Source: a virus. From it: a stretch of DNA of 64,000 nucleotides. The stretch spans positions 32,333 to 96,332 of IMG/VR virus record IMGVR_UViG_3300017989_000082. One strand, written 5' to 3'. The notes beneath the pieces were generated by a model. It saw only the letters and a list, made by a program, of their open reading frames with translations, did no database searches and was not told the DNA's origin. Each line of letters opens with the position of its first letter. Position 1 is the stretch's first letter. Position numbers and translations under genes: made by a program. Below, piece by piece: positions 28,901 through 38,066 of the stretch.

Positions 28901-29316
28901 ACTCCCTTCGCTCGCCTATAAATAAAGACATTATTGCAAAATACAATATTGATTCCAGTATATGGAGTGATGTTGTACTTCGCAATGCTGTTTTTGTATC
29001 AAATGATATTGCCGTCGTTAACTCTCTAAACGACGTAATTGACAAAGATATAATTGCTCGCTGGAAAATTGATTCTCAAGTTGCTAATGATATTGGCATT
29101 AAATATGCAATCCGAATTGAGCAAGATGTTGTGCTTGTAATTCCATTTAACACCGTCAACAAAGACATAATTCTTGATAATAAACTTATGCAGGAAACCA
29201 GTAAAGATACAATCATAAGAAATAATATTCTTGAGTATGATCCTGTGCAAAAGGATCTAATAGTAAGGAATGCGCTCTTGGGGTCAGTACGACGGTATAA
29301 GATTAAATTCGTATAA
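25969..29316 (+). CDS. large tail appendage: four tandem beta-sandwich modules plus a C-terminal repeat shaft
   Basis: Four L.(P/K)(N/D/Y).(K/D)Y[W/Y/I] module signatures, then about 360 aa of D-x-x-[L/I]-x-[W/N] repeats. Confidence 0.7.
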   Translation: MGTLTIHSTAWTGAAYSDCQFGGNTELLQHTGVAFLTPIDGVVVGEVKVFMKKNNSPTTTVYCAIWDAENDDEWKPGSELGVVTVDTSGVGASYSEVTIDLSGQNITLSKNTKYWLIFYTNVYDGSDYWHLRAVENTNAPFAMGYGVSNVWSRCRGNGSAWYTSSSYYFQCQISATKASYQTIVGWNGDQDPANYKGIFWEDGSSEQGVLQKFRTPSASGKWQVHGLSAHLQIDDDEYYRQVRFNFFEYSDTTDFSELIPVGDGGVFGVKDFYCGSVTPGTTSALEIKEKRKPILEPDTDYYLGITANFSNRAYALFDDTTCCENASLFTIGWDNSITENVGENISLFNIHGTEVAIDPEYTQDPILFSPLWPNPGGGYENIGYAAGNKYFAVAFTTNISNCTLKEIRATLVKHYRPISTPLHLKIHAADSTSGEIGDELLDIGEIEDYVHITGTEAVIPCGSTLELTPYIKYWAVFYFDGTPTTDRYYRIYGDGDLFGMGMIGVLPDDDSKCSAYSADGSSWTYESDYYHIRFIGSSEYKITILDPRCDRFFPSPNDRQRSFYDNTDKYVAQKIRIPNISEAMKIEGLGVIARAYGEAEGNVWVEIYEADGDALGELISNGTSDTLDHNATHTDTDTGQFPPMVLFRFSDLPLVQPNTDYIFVFRADVIDTGSTWYFYYNHNSDSASYANQGLCEGDGATNIIGKSYTVNSSDELTELSDTGGMFYGLQLVGGPPVLIPVDNDNVLNWSLNDYIFKDNITRFTITDQKIDQDNIILFNIAPFLYQDFILNWPLTTRINQDTTLRWPLTTYVEGDLIIPWNIIVSADSGLSWKILEQINKDQILNWPLTTYFDSDFILRWQLILSNDIGINFSLIEYIWRNLGLKIPIVIETDTVLDFGIMGPISADFIIRNMIDSSVYSDVGIKNNIFVTNDLILNNSLNPVVSRDLILRNEISSRIWKDIVAINNIFVSTDVGLINSLRSPINKDIIAKYNIDSSIWSDVVLRNAVFVSNDIAVVNSLNDVIDKDIIARWKIDSQVANDIGIKYAIRIEQDVVLVIPFNTVNKDIILDNKLMQETSKDTIIRNNILEYDPVQKDLIVRNALLGSVRRYKIKFV

Positions 29317-29332
29317 TACGGAGGGTCTAGCT

Positions 29333-29863
29333 ATGGCTGACAGAACCACCGGAAGTTTAACCGTAACCATTGAGGCAAGTTGTGCCGCTGATGCGGCAGA
29401 ACTTATCCGCATTGAGCTTGATGAAGATTTGAACGGCGGGCGAACTTGCTTTGAGCCAAATCAGGATATTTATTTGAGGCTATATACTTCGCCAACAGAT
29501 CTTGATTTAACCCTTGCTGTCACTCTTGGCAGCATTAGCATTGTGGGCGGGGGTGTTTCCAGTCATGAAGAAAGCATTACCGTGCAGGATGGCGAGGGAA
29601 ATGCCGGGTATCCCATAAAGGCCATTTCAAGTAAGGAGTGGCATGGTAATGCTCCTTGTCCTGCTGCAAGCGTTACTTTTACAGCAGGCTATACGCAACT
29701 ACTGTGCCCTACTGAAAATTGCAGTGGAAGCCCTCTTGGTGATGATACCTGCGAAATAACCTATGGCGTTTTGGATGTTGATTATACCTCTGATTACAGG
29801 AGCCTTGTGCTTAATGTTTCTGAACCGGGGGATGTCATTGTTTACGCTTATGCCAATGATTAA
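29333..29863 (+). CDS. tail-tip protein, paralogue A
   Basis: GGAGG RBS. MADRTTGSLTVTIE...IELDEDLNGGRTCF aligns with the 31009 ORF. Confidence 0.7.
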   Translation: MADRTTGSLTVTIEASCAADAAELIRIELDEDLNGGRTCFEPNQDIYLRLYTSPTDLDLTLAVTLGSISIVGGGVSSHEESITVQDGEGNAGYPIKAISSKEWHGNAPCPAASVTFTAGYTQLLCPTENCSGSPLGDDTCEITYGVLDVDYTSDYRSLVLNVSEPGDVIVYAYAND

Positions 29864-29879
29864 TTAAGAGCCCATTGTA

Positions 29880-31016
29880 ATGTACGAAAATGAAATTGAA
29901 TATACTGTCACGGTTGAAATTGATGGGGTAAAGGTGCATAGCTATATGGAGAGCCTCACGGTGCTTATGAGTGAGGAAAGCTACTGCAACGATATTACCA
30001 TTAATTTCAACAAGCATGGGTGGGATCTTTTTAAGACCCTCTGTAACCCCCATGTGAATGCTGGCCAAGAGCGCATTGTTGTTACCGTCAACAGTGTTGA
30101 ACATAAATTTTTATTAGAGAAGAGAATTTCAAGAGCTGATGCCGAAGAAAGAAAGTTTTATGTTTGGGGTCGGTCAAAAGCGGCTACGTTAGATCAATAC
30201 TATTCCTTACCAATTACGGATGATGAAACCGAGAGCAATCCGTGGCAAACGGCAAACATGAGGGCATCCTCAATAATTAATTACCTTCTGACGGGAACCG
30301 GCATTACTGTTGATTTCCGGATTGACGATTTCACTGTTTACCCCGAAGCCTTCAGTGTTGAGAATGAAGTCCCTATTGATATAATAAACAGGCTTGCAAA
30401 AGTCCCAGGTGGGAGAGTAAGGAGTGGAAGAGATGGTAATTTGATTATTGACTATAAAGAGTTTTCAACGAACTTCGTCGCTGATGATCCATCTGAAGAG
30501 TATACAGATGTTGATGAAATTATTCAGGTTGATGAAGAGGTAGTGATTCCTCCTGGCTATAATAAGGTTCGCGTCACTGGCTACGATGAACTCGCCGAAG
30601 ATGCTGATAAAAGTATAAAGATTGAGAGAGTTGATACAGGCTGTATTGAGCCGGGGCAGGAATTCAGGGTAAAAGTATATACATCTCCTACAAATCTTGA
30701 TTACACTTTTGATACGACCATAGGAACCTTTTTTCATATAGGGGAGTATACCGAGCAACATTCTGAAACCATATTTTTCACCGATGGGGCTGGGAATACA
30801 CAATACCCAATTTATTCGGTCCAAAATGCTGATTGGCATGGAGATGACCTCGGTGCCATAACATATACGGCTGGCTTCGACAGCATAATTACTGCCGAGG
30901 AAACATTTGGTGTTCTTGAAATATCATATACGGCCAAATACACCCTTTATGGTGTGATTATTAATGAGTCTGGCGGGGCAATTGTTTTCGCAGAGGAGAA
31001 CTTAGAAGATGGCTGA
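29880..31016 (+). CDS. baseplate-hub-like tail protein (N-part) fused to a paralogue-A-like domain
   Basis: VWGRSKAATL, PIDIINRLA..PGG and YNKVRVTG hub-like motifs. Confidence 0.65.
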   Translation: MYENEIEYTVTVEIDGVKVHSYMESLTVLMSEESYCNDITINFNKHGWDLFKTLCNPHVNAGQERIVVTVNSVEHKFLLEKRISRADAEERKFYVWGRSKAATLDQYYSLPITDDETESNPWQTANMRASSIINYLLTGTGITVDFRIDDFTVYPEAFSVENEVPIDIINRLAKVPGGRVRSGRDGNLIIDYKEFSTNFVADDPSEEYTDVDEIIQVDEEVVIPPGYNKVRVTGYDELAEDADKSIKIERVDTGCIEPGQEFRVKVYTSPTNLDYTFDTTIGTFFHIGEYTEQHSETIFFTDGAGNTQYPIYSVQNADWHGDDLGAITYTAGFDSIITAEETFGVLEISYTAKYTLYGVIINESGGAIVFAEENLEDG

Positions 31017-31788
31017 TAAAACCCAAGGCTCCCAGACAGTAACCATTGAAGAGTTATGTGAAGCTTTATCTTGCGATATTGCAATAGAGCTTGACGAGGA
31101 ATATAACGATGGTAGAAGTTGCTTTGCCCCGAATGATCCAATATATGTTCGGGTATTTTGCAGAAAGACATATACTGTTAAAGCCACGCTTGGTAATGCG
31201 AGAATATTTGCATCTGGCATTCCACAAGAAATTACAGAATATGTTGATTTCAACAATTGGCGTGGGAGCACTGAAAAGCCAATTCATGAGATTACAAGCT
31301 ATAACTGGAATGGCATAAGCCTTGGGGCAATTCGCTGGGAAAGGGGCAGCGAAAGCCTTGTTGCGGATGAAAGCATGGCAGATGGCTATGGTGTTCTTGA
31401 ATTAACATATATTACAGCCTTTGATAGATGGGAGTATAAAAGCCCTGTTGCTGGTGATGTTATTGTTTACGCCATAGGAACAGGCAATTGTGTTGATTCC
31501 AATGGAGATTACCCCTCAGCAAGTTTAACCCTTGATATTGATGAAACTTGCGCTGAAGAGGCCAATGAGGTTACAATCGTTGTTAAAGATTTTGTAACTG
31601 GAAATGTAATATCAGGGGCGAGTGTAGTTATAGACAGAAACTTTGTTGGTACGACAGATGTAAATGGAACGGTATATGCAGGCTTGCTTGCTGGCGGCTC
31701 CCATCAGATAAGAACTACAGCGCCGGGCTATACTGATTCCGATAATGATTTACTTGGTAATGACGAGTTTGTAGTTTCAAGCTCTTAG
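31009..31788 (+). CDS. tail-tip protein, paralogue B, with a C-terminal PEGA/carboxypeptidase-regulatory-like domain
   Basis: Aligns with the 29333 ORF. C-terminal VKDFVTGNVISGASV...GTTDVNG...APGY. Confidence 0.7.
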   Translation: MADKTQGSQTVTIEELCEALSCDIAIELDEEYNDGRSCFAPNDPIYVRVFCRKTYTVKATLGNARIFASGIPQEITEYVDFNNWRGSTEKPIHEITSYNWNGISLGAIRWERGSESLVADESMADGYGVLELTYITAFDRWEYKSPVAGDVIVYAIGTGNCVDSNGDYPSASLTLDIDETCAEEANEVTIVVKDFVTGNVISGASVVIDRNFVGTTDVNGTVYAGLLAGGSHQIRTTAPGYTDSDNDLLGNDEFVVSSS

Positions 31789-31799
31789 TAGGTGATAAC

Positions 31800-32699
31800 A
31801 TGAGATTTACAATTGGCCTCTGCCCCGAGGAAATAAGGGACAGCGCAGTCAAATATGATTTGGGACGGGAGGCAATATCTGTTGCTCAAGATGATGATGG
31901 CAACAATGTTGTTACTGTTTTTATTTGCCCGCAAGGTAGTGAATGTCACGACGGCCTTACCGTTGCCGTTAAAATATGCCCCGTTGGCGAAGATTGCGAA
32001 TGTGATTATTCTGTAGATAATCTTGGCTGGTATGACACCGGCCATTGCACTATAAATATAAGTTGGCGAAACCCTGATAATTGTGTCCTACAAGAAATTC
32101 GGTTAATAAGGGTTTCCGATTGGGAAGCTGATGCTACCAAATATATTCACCAAAGAGTTGGCGATCCAAACCTACCTGTTTACCCCGATGGGGACAGTAG
32201 AAATAACAGCTATTGCCATGGCTGCGGCATAGGCGGCGAAGGGGGCCCTTCCCATGAGGCAGCAAATGAAACCCTCCACGCGGTTAATGATCTTACTCCT
32301 GGAACACTATATAAGGTCGTTGGCTACTTCAGAGACGGCAGTTGCGGTGGCGTTACAAACCCCGTAGACCTTGCAATGGTTGTTTATCAAACCACTGGCC
32401 TAACCAGTGGGGTTATTAAGGCCAAGGTCCAAGATGAGCCGCCCATGTATACCGTTGGTTATTATTGGCAGGGGGATTCAACAAACATTGCTGATATTGA
32501 AATAATGCCGGGGGTAAATTATGCTGAGCGTGATCTTTATACTGTTGATCGCCACGAGTGGGAAGTTGATAATGCTGTAATGCTCGTTAAGACTGGCACA
32601 GATTTCCCCGGCGAATTTTATAACGATCAAACAATAACAAGCGATAGTGTCCAGGAAACAGAAGAGCTATTCATAGCCCCATACCAGCAATTAGGATAA
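31800..32699 (+). CDS. Cys-rich tail-tip protein with an FN3-like segment
   Basis: 11 Cys; ISWRNP and DLTPGTLY signatures. Confidence 0.55.
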   Translation: MRFTIGLCPEEIRDSAVKYDLGREAISVAQDDDGNNVVTVFICPQGSECHDGLTVAVKICPVGEDCECDYSVDNLGWYDTGHCTINISWRNPDNCVLQEIRLIRVSDWEADATKYIHQRVGDPNLPVYPDGDSRNNSYCHGCGIGGEGGPSHEAANETLHAVNDLTPGTLYKVVGYFRDGSCGGVTNPVDLAMVVYQTTGLTSGVIKAKVQDEPPMYTVGYYWQGDSTNIADIEIMPGVNYAERDLYTVDRHEWEVDNAVMLVKTGTDFPGEFYNDQTITSDSVQETEELFIAPYQQLG

Positions 32700-32703
32700 C
32701 GGC

Positions 32704-35097
32704 ATGAGCAAGTATAACTTGGAAGGCACACAAACCCCCTGCGAAGTTTTATTTCGCCAAGCAGTTTACAAAGGCTCTGTTGTTAATGGCGATGGGTTTC
32801 AGGGCTACTATGTTAGGGTTGAATACGATGAAGGCTTATATGAGATAGATTGGCACTATAATTGCGGTTCTGGTGAAGACAACCACCCTTCATCGCCAGA
32901 CATTGTTTTTTCGGAAAACGATTTAATAATTGTTGAGTTTAATAAAGAGGGGGTTCCGCTGAAGGCCATTGGCCATGCAGATGGTGCAAAAAATTGCCTT
33001 GGGAAATATTGGATTGCTGAGGAAAGAAATAACAACCTATACGTTGATGCTGATGGTTCCTCTGCAATACTTGTTTTTTATGACGAGGGGACTGGAGATG
33101 AATTAGAAACACCGAGAAATTACCGTAAGTGTTCAGAAGATGCCGCTAAGATAATGCACGATTTATGGGATGAAGCAGTATCATACCGCGGAATAGACTC
33201 TGTTAGGTTTGCCGAAAATTACCCATTTAAAATTGGAGTGTTGATTGAAATAAGGGCTTTGCCATGGAGCGCTCTTTCAGACCCAAATGTTGATGATTAT
33301 ATATATACTCATTTATATATTGAATACTCAATTTCACAAACCACAAAAGAGATAACCATTTCCGACTACACCCCGATTTTAGACCCATCGATATATACGT
33401 CTCCTGTTGCCTTATTATCGAGTTATGATGAAATAATGGCAGTCAGAAATGAAAATGGTGAGGTTGGAAACCCTCATGGTACTGGTTGCCGTGGGGTTGG
33501 CTTTACAGCCCATTGTGATGAAAAAGACATTTGTTCTTTTAGTAAGACCTGCGATCTTTCAAGTTCATATGGCCCAGACGAATATGGCAATAATTGGATA
33601 AATGATGAAACAAAATATTCCCAAAAAAGGATGGAGCATTCGTATCCAAATGAGCCAACGTGTTATTGGAATCAACCAATGGTATACAAAAATGCTGGCA
33701 TGCACGTTTCCCAATATGCTGAAACAAAAATAACTGTTGGTGGAACCTTTAGTAAAATAATATCCATGAACGCGCAAAAAGAAAATGAATTGCAATATAC
33801 GCACGATAAACATAAAGTTGGAGATCAATATATTTGGGGAAGAGGTCCATGGTGTGCTGAAAATAAAACAGCGGGGAGGTGGTGGTCCCCATTGGATTTT
33901 CATATTGAGAGAACCCGCATAAGTGAAAATAGTTATTATTACGATGTACCAGAGTATGGGCTTCCAACCGTAACTCAAGATATTTACTATTATTGCAAAG
34001 GAAAGTTTTATGGCAGGGGCTATGGGGTTAGTCAAGTTGAATGCGTTGGGTATGATTATGTGTGGCCGTGGACATGCGATTGCCATGATAATTGTGCAGA
34101 CCCAAACGATGATACTTGCGAATATGGGGGAAAAGATTGCAACCCAGATTTAACAGATACCAGTACCCAAAGTGAAACTGTTATGGGTCCATATAATGAG
34201 TATGATGACGGGTCATTTTCAATAACAGTTTTCCAAACCCCGGTTAGTACAATGGAAAGTTCAGATGAGGTTTTTTCGGAGCCATTACACCAAAAAATAA
34301 GAGATGTAGATCTTGAGTATTGGGGCTATCATGTTGATTATAACCCAATTTGGAGTGATCAGTGTGTAGATTTATATGGGTCCATTGTAGACCCATGCAA
34401 ACTTAGCGAACCAGCAAGCCCTAGTTTCCCGCAACAATGGTATAACTGTGCTGAGCAGATAATTCCAAACCAAATGTTTCCCGGCTGGATATATTATATG
34501 CCATCAAATGTATATGTCATGAGAGGGTGGCCCGTGTATACATTGGGCGATGGAAAGGTTTTCTGTAAACAGAGGATAATTGAGCTTAGTGAGAGGCTTG
34601 TTGTTCTTAGTGATGAAGAGGAATTTAAAGGCTTGGGGGTTAACTCCTATTACCCGCCAGAAGGGTATGGGTTGTTTACAGGGCTAAATGGGGGAGAGAA
34701 TTTTATAATTGGAAAAACAGACCCAATTGGTTTTCCGGATTATATATTGTATCCAATAGATATAACAGGAGGGTGTGGTGAGAGCAAAGAAGATCTTTTA
34801 TCAACAACGGAATATTTTGGTGGATACAATTATCAATTGCATGAAAGTCTTGAAAATGATATAAGTAATCTTTATGACGCTACTAGGGGTGGGGCACTGA
34901 TCAACGATCAGGGGAATGGATTTCTATTGTATGCAACTTACCCAGGAGGAAAAGTAAACCAGATAAAAGGGTATAACGGATGGGAGCTTGTAGATGGAAA
35001 AATTAGGCCAATTAACCCTGATAGCCCCGTTTTTGAAGATCTCATCAGTGTAGATAAATGCAGTAATGGTATAGATTTTTTAATTTATGAGCCATAA
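32704..35097 (+). CDS. large Cys/Tyr-rich tail-tip (spike/RBP-like) protein
   Basis: 797 aa, about 23 Cys, AT-rich. N-terminal HYNC...DLIIVEF...AIG segment resembles a spike OB-fold. Confidence 0.55.
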   Translation: MSKYNLEGTQTPCEVLFRQAVYKGSVVNGDGFQGYYVRVEYDEGLYEIDWHYNCGSGEDNHPSSPDIVFSENDLIIVEFNKEGVPLKAIGHADGAKNCLGKYWIAEERNNNLYVDADGSSAILVFYDEGTGDELETPRNYRKCSEDAAKIMHDLWDEAVSYRGIDSVRFAENYPFKIGVLIEIRALPWSALSDPNVDDYIYTHLYIEYSISQTTKEITISDYTPILDPSIYTSPVALLSSYDEIMAVRNENGEVGNPHGTGCRGVGFTAHCDEKDICSFSKTCDLSSSYGPDEYGNNWINDETKYSQKRMEHSYPNEPTCYWNQPMVYKNAGMHVSQYAETKITVGGTFSKIISMNAQKENELQYTHDKHKVGDQYIWGRGPWCAENKTAGRWWSPLDFHIERTRISENSYYYDVPEYGLPTVTQDIYYYCKGKFYGRGYGVSQVECVGYDYVWPWTCDCHDNCADPNDDTCEYGGKDCNPDLTDTSTQSETVMGPYNEYDDGSFSITVFQTPVSTMESSDEVFSEPLHQKIRDVDLEYWGYHVDYNPIWSDQCVDLYGSIVDPCKLSEPASPSFPQQWYNCAEQIIPNQMFPGWIYYMPSNVYVMRGWPVYTLGDGKVFCKQRIIELSERLVVLSDEEEFKGLGVNSYYPPEGYGLFTGLNGGENFIIGKTDPIGFPDYILYPIDITGGCGESKEDLLSTTEYFGGYNYQLHESLENDISNLYDATRGGALINDQGNGFLLYATYPGGKVNQIKGYNGWELVDGKIRPINPDSPVFEDLISVDKCSNGIDFLIYEP

Positions 35098-35116
35098 TTT
35101 AATAGGAGAATTTGGT

Positions 35117-35608
35117 ATGACTGAGAAAACAAATCGCTCTCCAATTACAGAGGGGGAAAAGTATTTTGACAATGGAGAAGTTAAAACAACATACAAGTTT
35201 ACTAATGGTAGAATATCTTCTATAACAATAGAGGTATTTGATGAAGATGTTATACCAAAGGTCGACCTATTAAATAAAAGAATCAATAGTGTGTGGCTGA
35301 ATAGAATAAACGCTATGCTTGTTGATATGATGTCTTCGCCCCCGCAACGGGCTGAAAGGGTTATTCAGAACAGACCTAACCCCGAATTAATGCCGCCAAA
35401 AGATTACAGGAAGATTGATCCTGCAATGATCAATGAGATGGATTTGCCATATTGCAAACTGTGCAACAGCAAAGGCGAGAAGATAAAAATGGTTATAACA
35501 AGACCATGTTGCGGAAAAGATATGCACACCATTATTTGCCCGAAGTGTGGGTTTAGAGCTAAAATCAAAGTAAACCCAATTAAGGAAGGGAAAGAGAATA
35601 ATGATTGA
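35117..35608 (+). CDS. hypothetical protein with C-terminal CKLC...CCG...CPKC
   Basis: AGGAG RBS before ATG 35117. Confidence 0.65.
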   Translation: MTEKTNRSPITEGEKYFDNGEVKTTYKFTNGRISSITIEVFDEDVIPKVDLLNKRINSVWLNRINAMLVDMMSSPPQRAERVIQNRPNPELMPPKDYRKIDPAMINEMDLPYCKLCNSKGEKIKMVITRPCCGKDMHTIICPKCGFRAKIKVNPIKEGKENND

Positions 35609-35912
35609 TATTGTTTGCATTCGTGGTGCTGGCGACAAAGAAGCCCCCGAAATTAATGACCCCCTCATTAATAGCGAATATATTGCGAAGGTTCGCGGAA
35701 CCAATTTCATTAATGAAAATTGGTATAAGCGATCTAAGCGCACTCTGCGAGTTCCCTACAAGGATGGCATTTTCATTAACCAGAAATTAAACGTATATGA
35801 AAGCCTTCTGGATATTGTTGATGTCCATATAGCCACCGATTACAGTTTCACCATTAGCAATGAAGGCATTTGGGCCGAAATTAATGTTGAGCAGCATGAG
35901 GAGGGCGAATGA
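35601..35912 (+). CDS. hub C-terminal-like tail protein
   Basis: RGAGDKEAPEINDPLI...AKVRG...VPY pattern. Confidence 0.5.
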   Translation: MIDIVCIRGAGDKEAPEINDPLINSEYIAKVRGTNFINENWYKRSKRTLRVPYKDGIFINQKLNVYESLLDIVDVHIATDYSFTISNEGIWAEINVEQHEEGE

Positions 35913-36178
35913 TGCTTAAGATAATAAAGGAGATATCAAAGAAGGCCCAAGTTGATAATATTCAGGATGCTACAATACATTCCCGCAACCCTGATGGAAC
36001 CTATAATATTATCATGAGAACCGGGGCAATAAAAAAGAGTGCAATCAATTCAACAGACATGACCTTTAAGAGAAACGAACGGGTCAACATTAGCATGGTT
36101 ACTGGCAATAAGGAAACAGCTAAAATTATCGGCAGGGGGTCAAAGAAAAATACGGGCGAAAAAATAATTTATGTTTGA
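35909..36178 (+). CDS. small OB-fold-like tail protein
   Basis: 89 aa with NPDGTYNI...ERVNI; ATGA-coupled to the previous gene. Confidence 0.45.
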   Translation: MMLKIIKEISKKAQVDNIQDATIHSRNPDGTYNIIMRTGAIKKSAINSTDMTFKRNERVNISMVTGNKETAKIIGRGSKKNTGEKIIYV

Positions 36179-36192
36179 GGCGAGAATACAGA

Positions 36193-37167
36193 ATGAGAGT
36201 TGAACTTATTAACATTCCTTTTACCGATAATATTTCAAGTAGACTTGATCCGCCGCTGTTTTTGCTACAGATTGCCCCGATATTCCAAAAGGAAAATTAT
36301 GCCGTCAGGGTTAACGACCTTAATGGTATTAACAGGAATCATTGGGGCTTTGGAAGTTGTCCGCTATACGTTATATATGCCGACATAAACAGCTACAGCG
36401 TAGCGGTTGAAATATCCAGAATGTGCAGGGAAATAAACAACAAGTCTGCCATTATTGTTTGCGGTAGTGGTCCCAGCAAGTATACTGGAAAATATGCAAA
36501 CACAAGAAGTTTCAATGTTGTTATAAAAGGAGAGGCAGAGCTTTCGGTTGCCAATTTTCTTACGGATATAATCCACGATGTTGACAGCGTTCAGCATGTG
36601 TATAGCGAAGAGGTTAGGAATGTAAATCGTTTACCATTTCCAGCCCGCAATCTTGTTGAAATGAATACCTATGCCCGAAGGCTTGATGGCATGAGAGCCA
36701 CAATGATCATGGGTAGCCGGGGAAGTCCTTTTGGCCCTACATGGCTATGTAAAAAATTAAAGCTGTTCAGCATCAACAGAATAAAGAACGAGGTTGTTGG
36801 AGTTGTTAATAAATATGGAATAAAAAATTTCTTTTTTGGTGACACAACCTTTACCTTTAACGAGCAAAGAGCATTAGATATAGGTAAAGTTATGGCCAAT
36901 AAAAACTTGCTTTTTGGCTTTAATGATGTTATATCAGAAGTTAAGCTTCCGCTATATAAAGAGTTAATAAGGTTGGGAGCTAGAGAGGTCTTCATTAACC
37001 CAATCGGAGCATCAAGCCAAGAGGAGGTTTCAGAACTTAAGAGCCAGATTGCATCTGAAACCGGCATGCGGGTTATTGTCCGCAAGGATGCCAAGTACCA
37101 AGATAGAAGGGGCTCTAATAATGGTAAGGGAAACAACAATGGAAAACAAGAAGATAGTATGCTTTAA
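36193..37167 (+). CDS. degenerate cobalamin-dependent radical SAM homologue
   Basis: PPLFLLQIA, IKGEAE, LPFPARNL and FGDTTFT are retained, but the CxxxCxxC site reads SRGSPFGPTWLC. Confidence 0.75.
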   Translation: MRVELINIPFTDNISSRLDPPLFLLQIAPIFQKENYAVRVNDLNGINRNHWGFGSCPLYVIYADINSYSVAVEISRMCREINNKSAIIVCGSGPSKYTGKYANTRSFNVVIKGEAELSVANFLTDIIHDVDSVQHVYSEEVRNVNRLPFPARNLVEMNTYARRLDGMRATMIMGSRGSPFGPTWLCKKLKLFSINRIKNEVVGVVNKYGIKNFFFGDTTFTFNEQRALDIGKVMANKNLLFGFNDVISEVKLPLYKELIRLGAREVFINPIGASSQEEVSELKSQIASETGMRVIVRKDAKYQDRRGSNNGKGNNNGKQEDSML

Positions 37168-38062
37168 TGAAAGACTTGGCGACCGCATTATTGTTAAATA
37201 TTTTGCAGAAAATGTAAAAACAGAATTTCCAGAATTTGAGCTATACGCCTTCCAGAGTTTTAAATACCCTTCCGTAAAAGGCTTTGATATGGAGCTTTGG
37301 GCTCCTGATTTATTTGCCGGGTTTCTTTACCCTGAAGATGGATACCGCAGTTGCCTTGATGCCGAAAATAAAACTGGCTACAGGGTTCTTTATCCAACTT
37401 GGGGGAATCTGTTTGTTTATGCCCCGAACATGATCAGAAAAACGGGGCGCTACCCTACTCTTGAAATTCCTGATCGCTACAAGCAATGGCTTGATACGGA
37501 ATTTGATGAAATGGTCTGGCGTCACTATTGCCGTTTCGCAGTTGGACCGCCTGCCGGTATAGTTGTGTGGCATATTCTTACAGATGCCCCTTACAGTAGG
37601 AGCCGCAACCACAACTTTAAACACCACGCCGCGGCCATTAAAATGCTGGCCAGAAAGTACCCTGATTGGCTGTTTATCCGAATAGGCCGTATGGATGCTG
37701 AGAATGGACTTCTGAGGGGTGATTTCAAGAACATAATTGACCTAACCCAATATGATTTAACGCCGTCTAGGTCTATCTCAGTGATATCCAGGGGTGATAT
37801 TTACGTCGGGGGTGATACAGGCATGACCCATGCGGCCAGCGCGTTGAAAAAGAAGATAGTGGCCATATGGGGTGATATAACCCACATGCTCAGGGACAGA
37901 TCAACAAGAAATAACATACAGCCCGGCGATTGGAATAGCGGCCCCTATGTTCCAGAAGAAGATTGCTATATTTTACGCCGTAACGGCGGTGAGCATATTA
38001 TGCGGCCAATTTATACAGCAGAGGAAATAGTTAATGGCGTAGAACATTTCATCAAGAGGTGA
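37121..38062 (+). CDS. glycosyltransferase family 9 (heptosyltransferase-like)
   Basis: RLGD, IIDLT and YVGGDTGMTHAASALKKKIVAIWG. Start at 37121 or 37139. Confidence 0.85.
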   Translation: MVRETTMENKKIVCFNERLGDRIIVKYFAENVKTEFPEFELYAFQSFKYPSVKGFDMELWAPDLFAGFLYPEDGYRSCLDAENKTGYRVLYPTWGNLFVYAPNMIRKTGRYPTLEIPDRYKQWLDTEFDEMVWRHYCRFAVGPPAGIVVWHILTDAPYSRSRNHNFKHHAAAIKMLARKYPDWLFIRIGRMDAENGLLRGDFKNIIDLTQYDLTPSRSISVISRGDIYVGGDTGMTHAASALKKKIVAIWGDITHMLRDRSTRNNIQPGDWNSGPYVPEEDCYILRRNGGEHIMRPIYTAEEIVNGVEHFIKR

Positions 38063-38066
38063 CATC

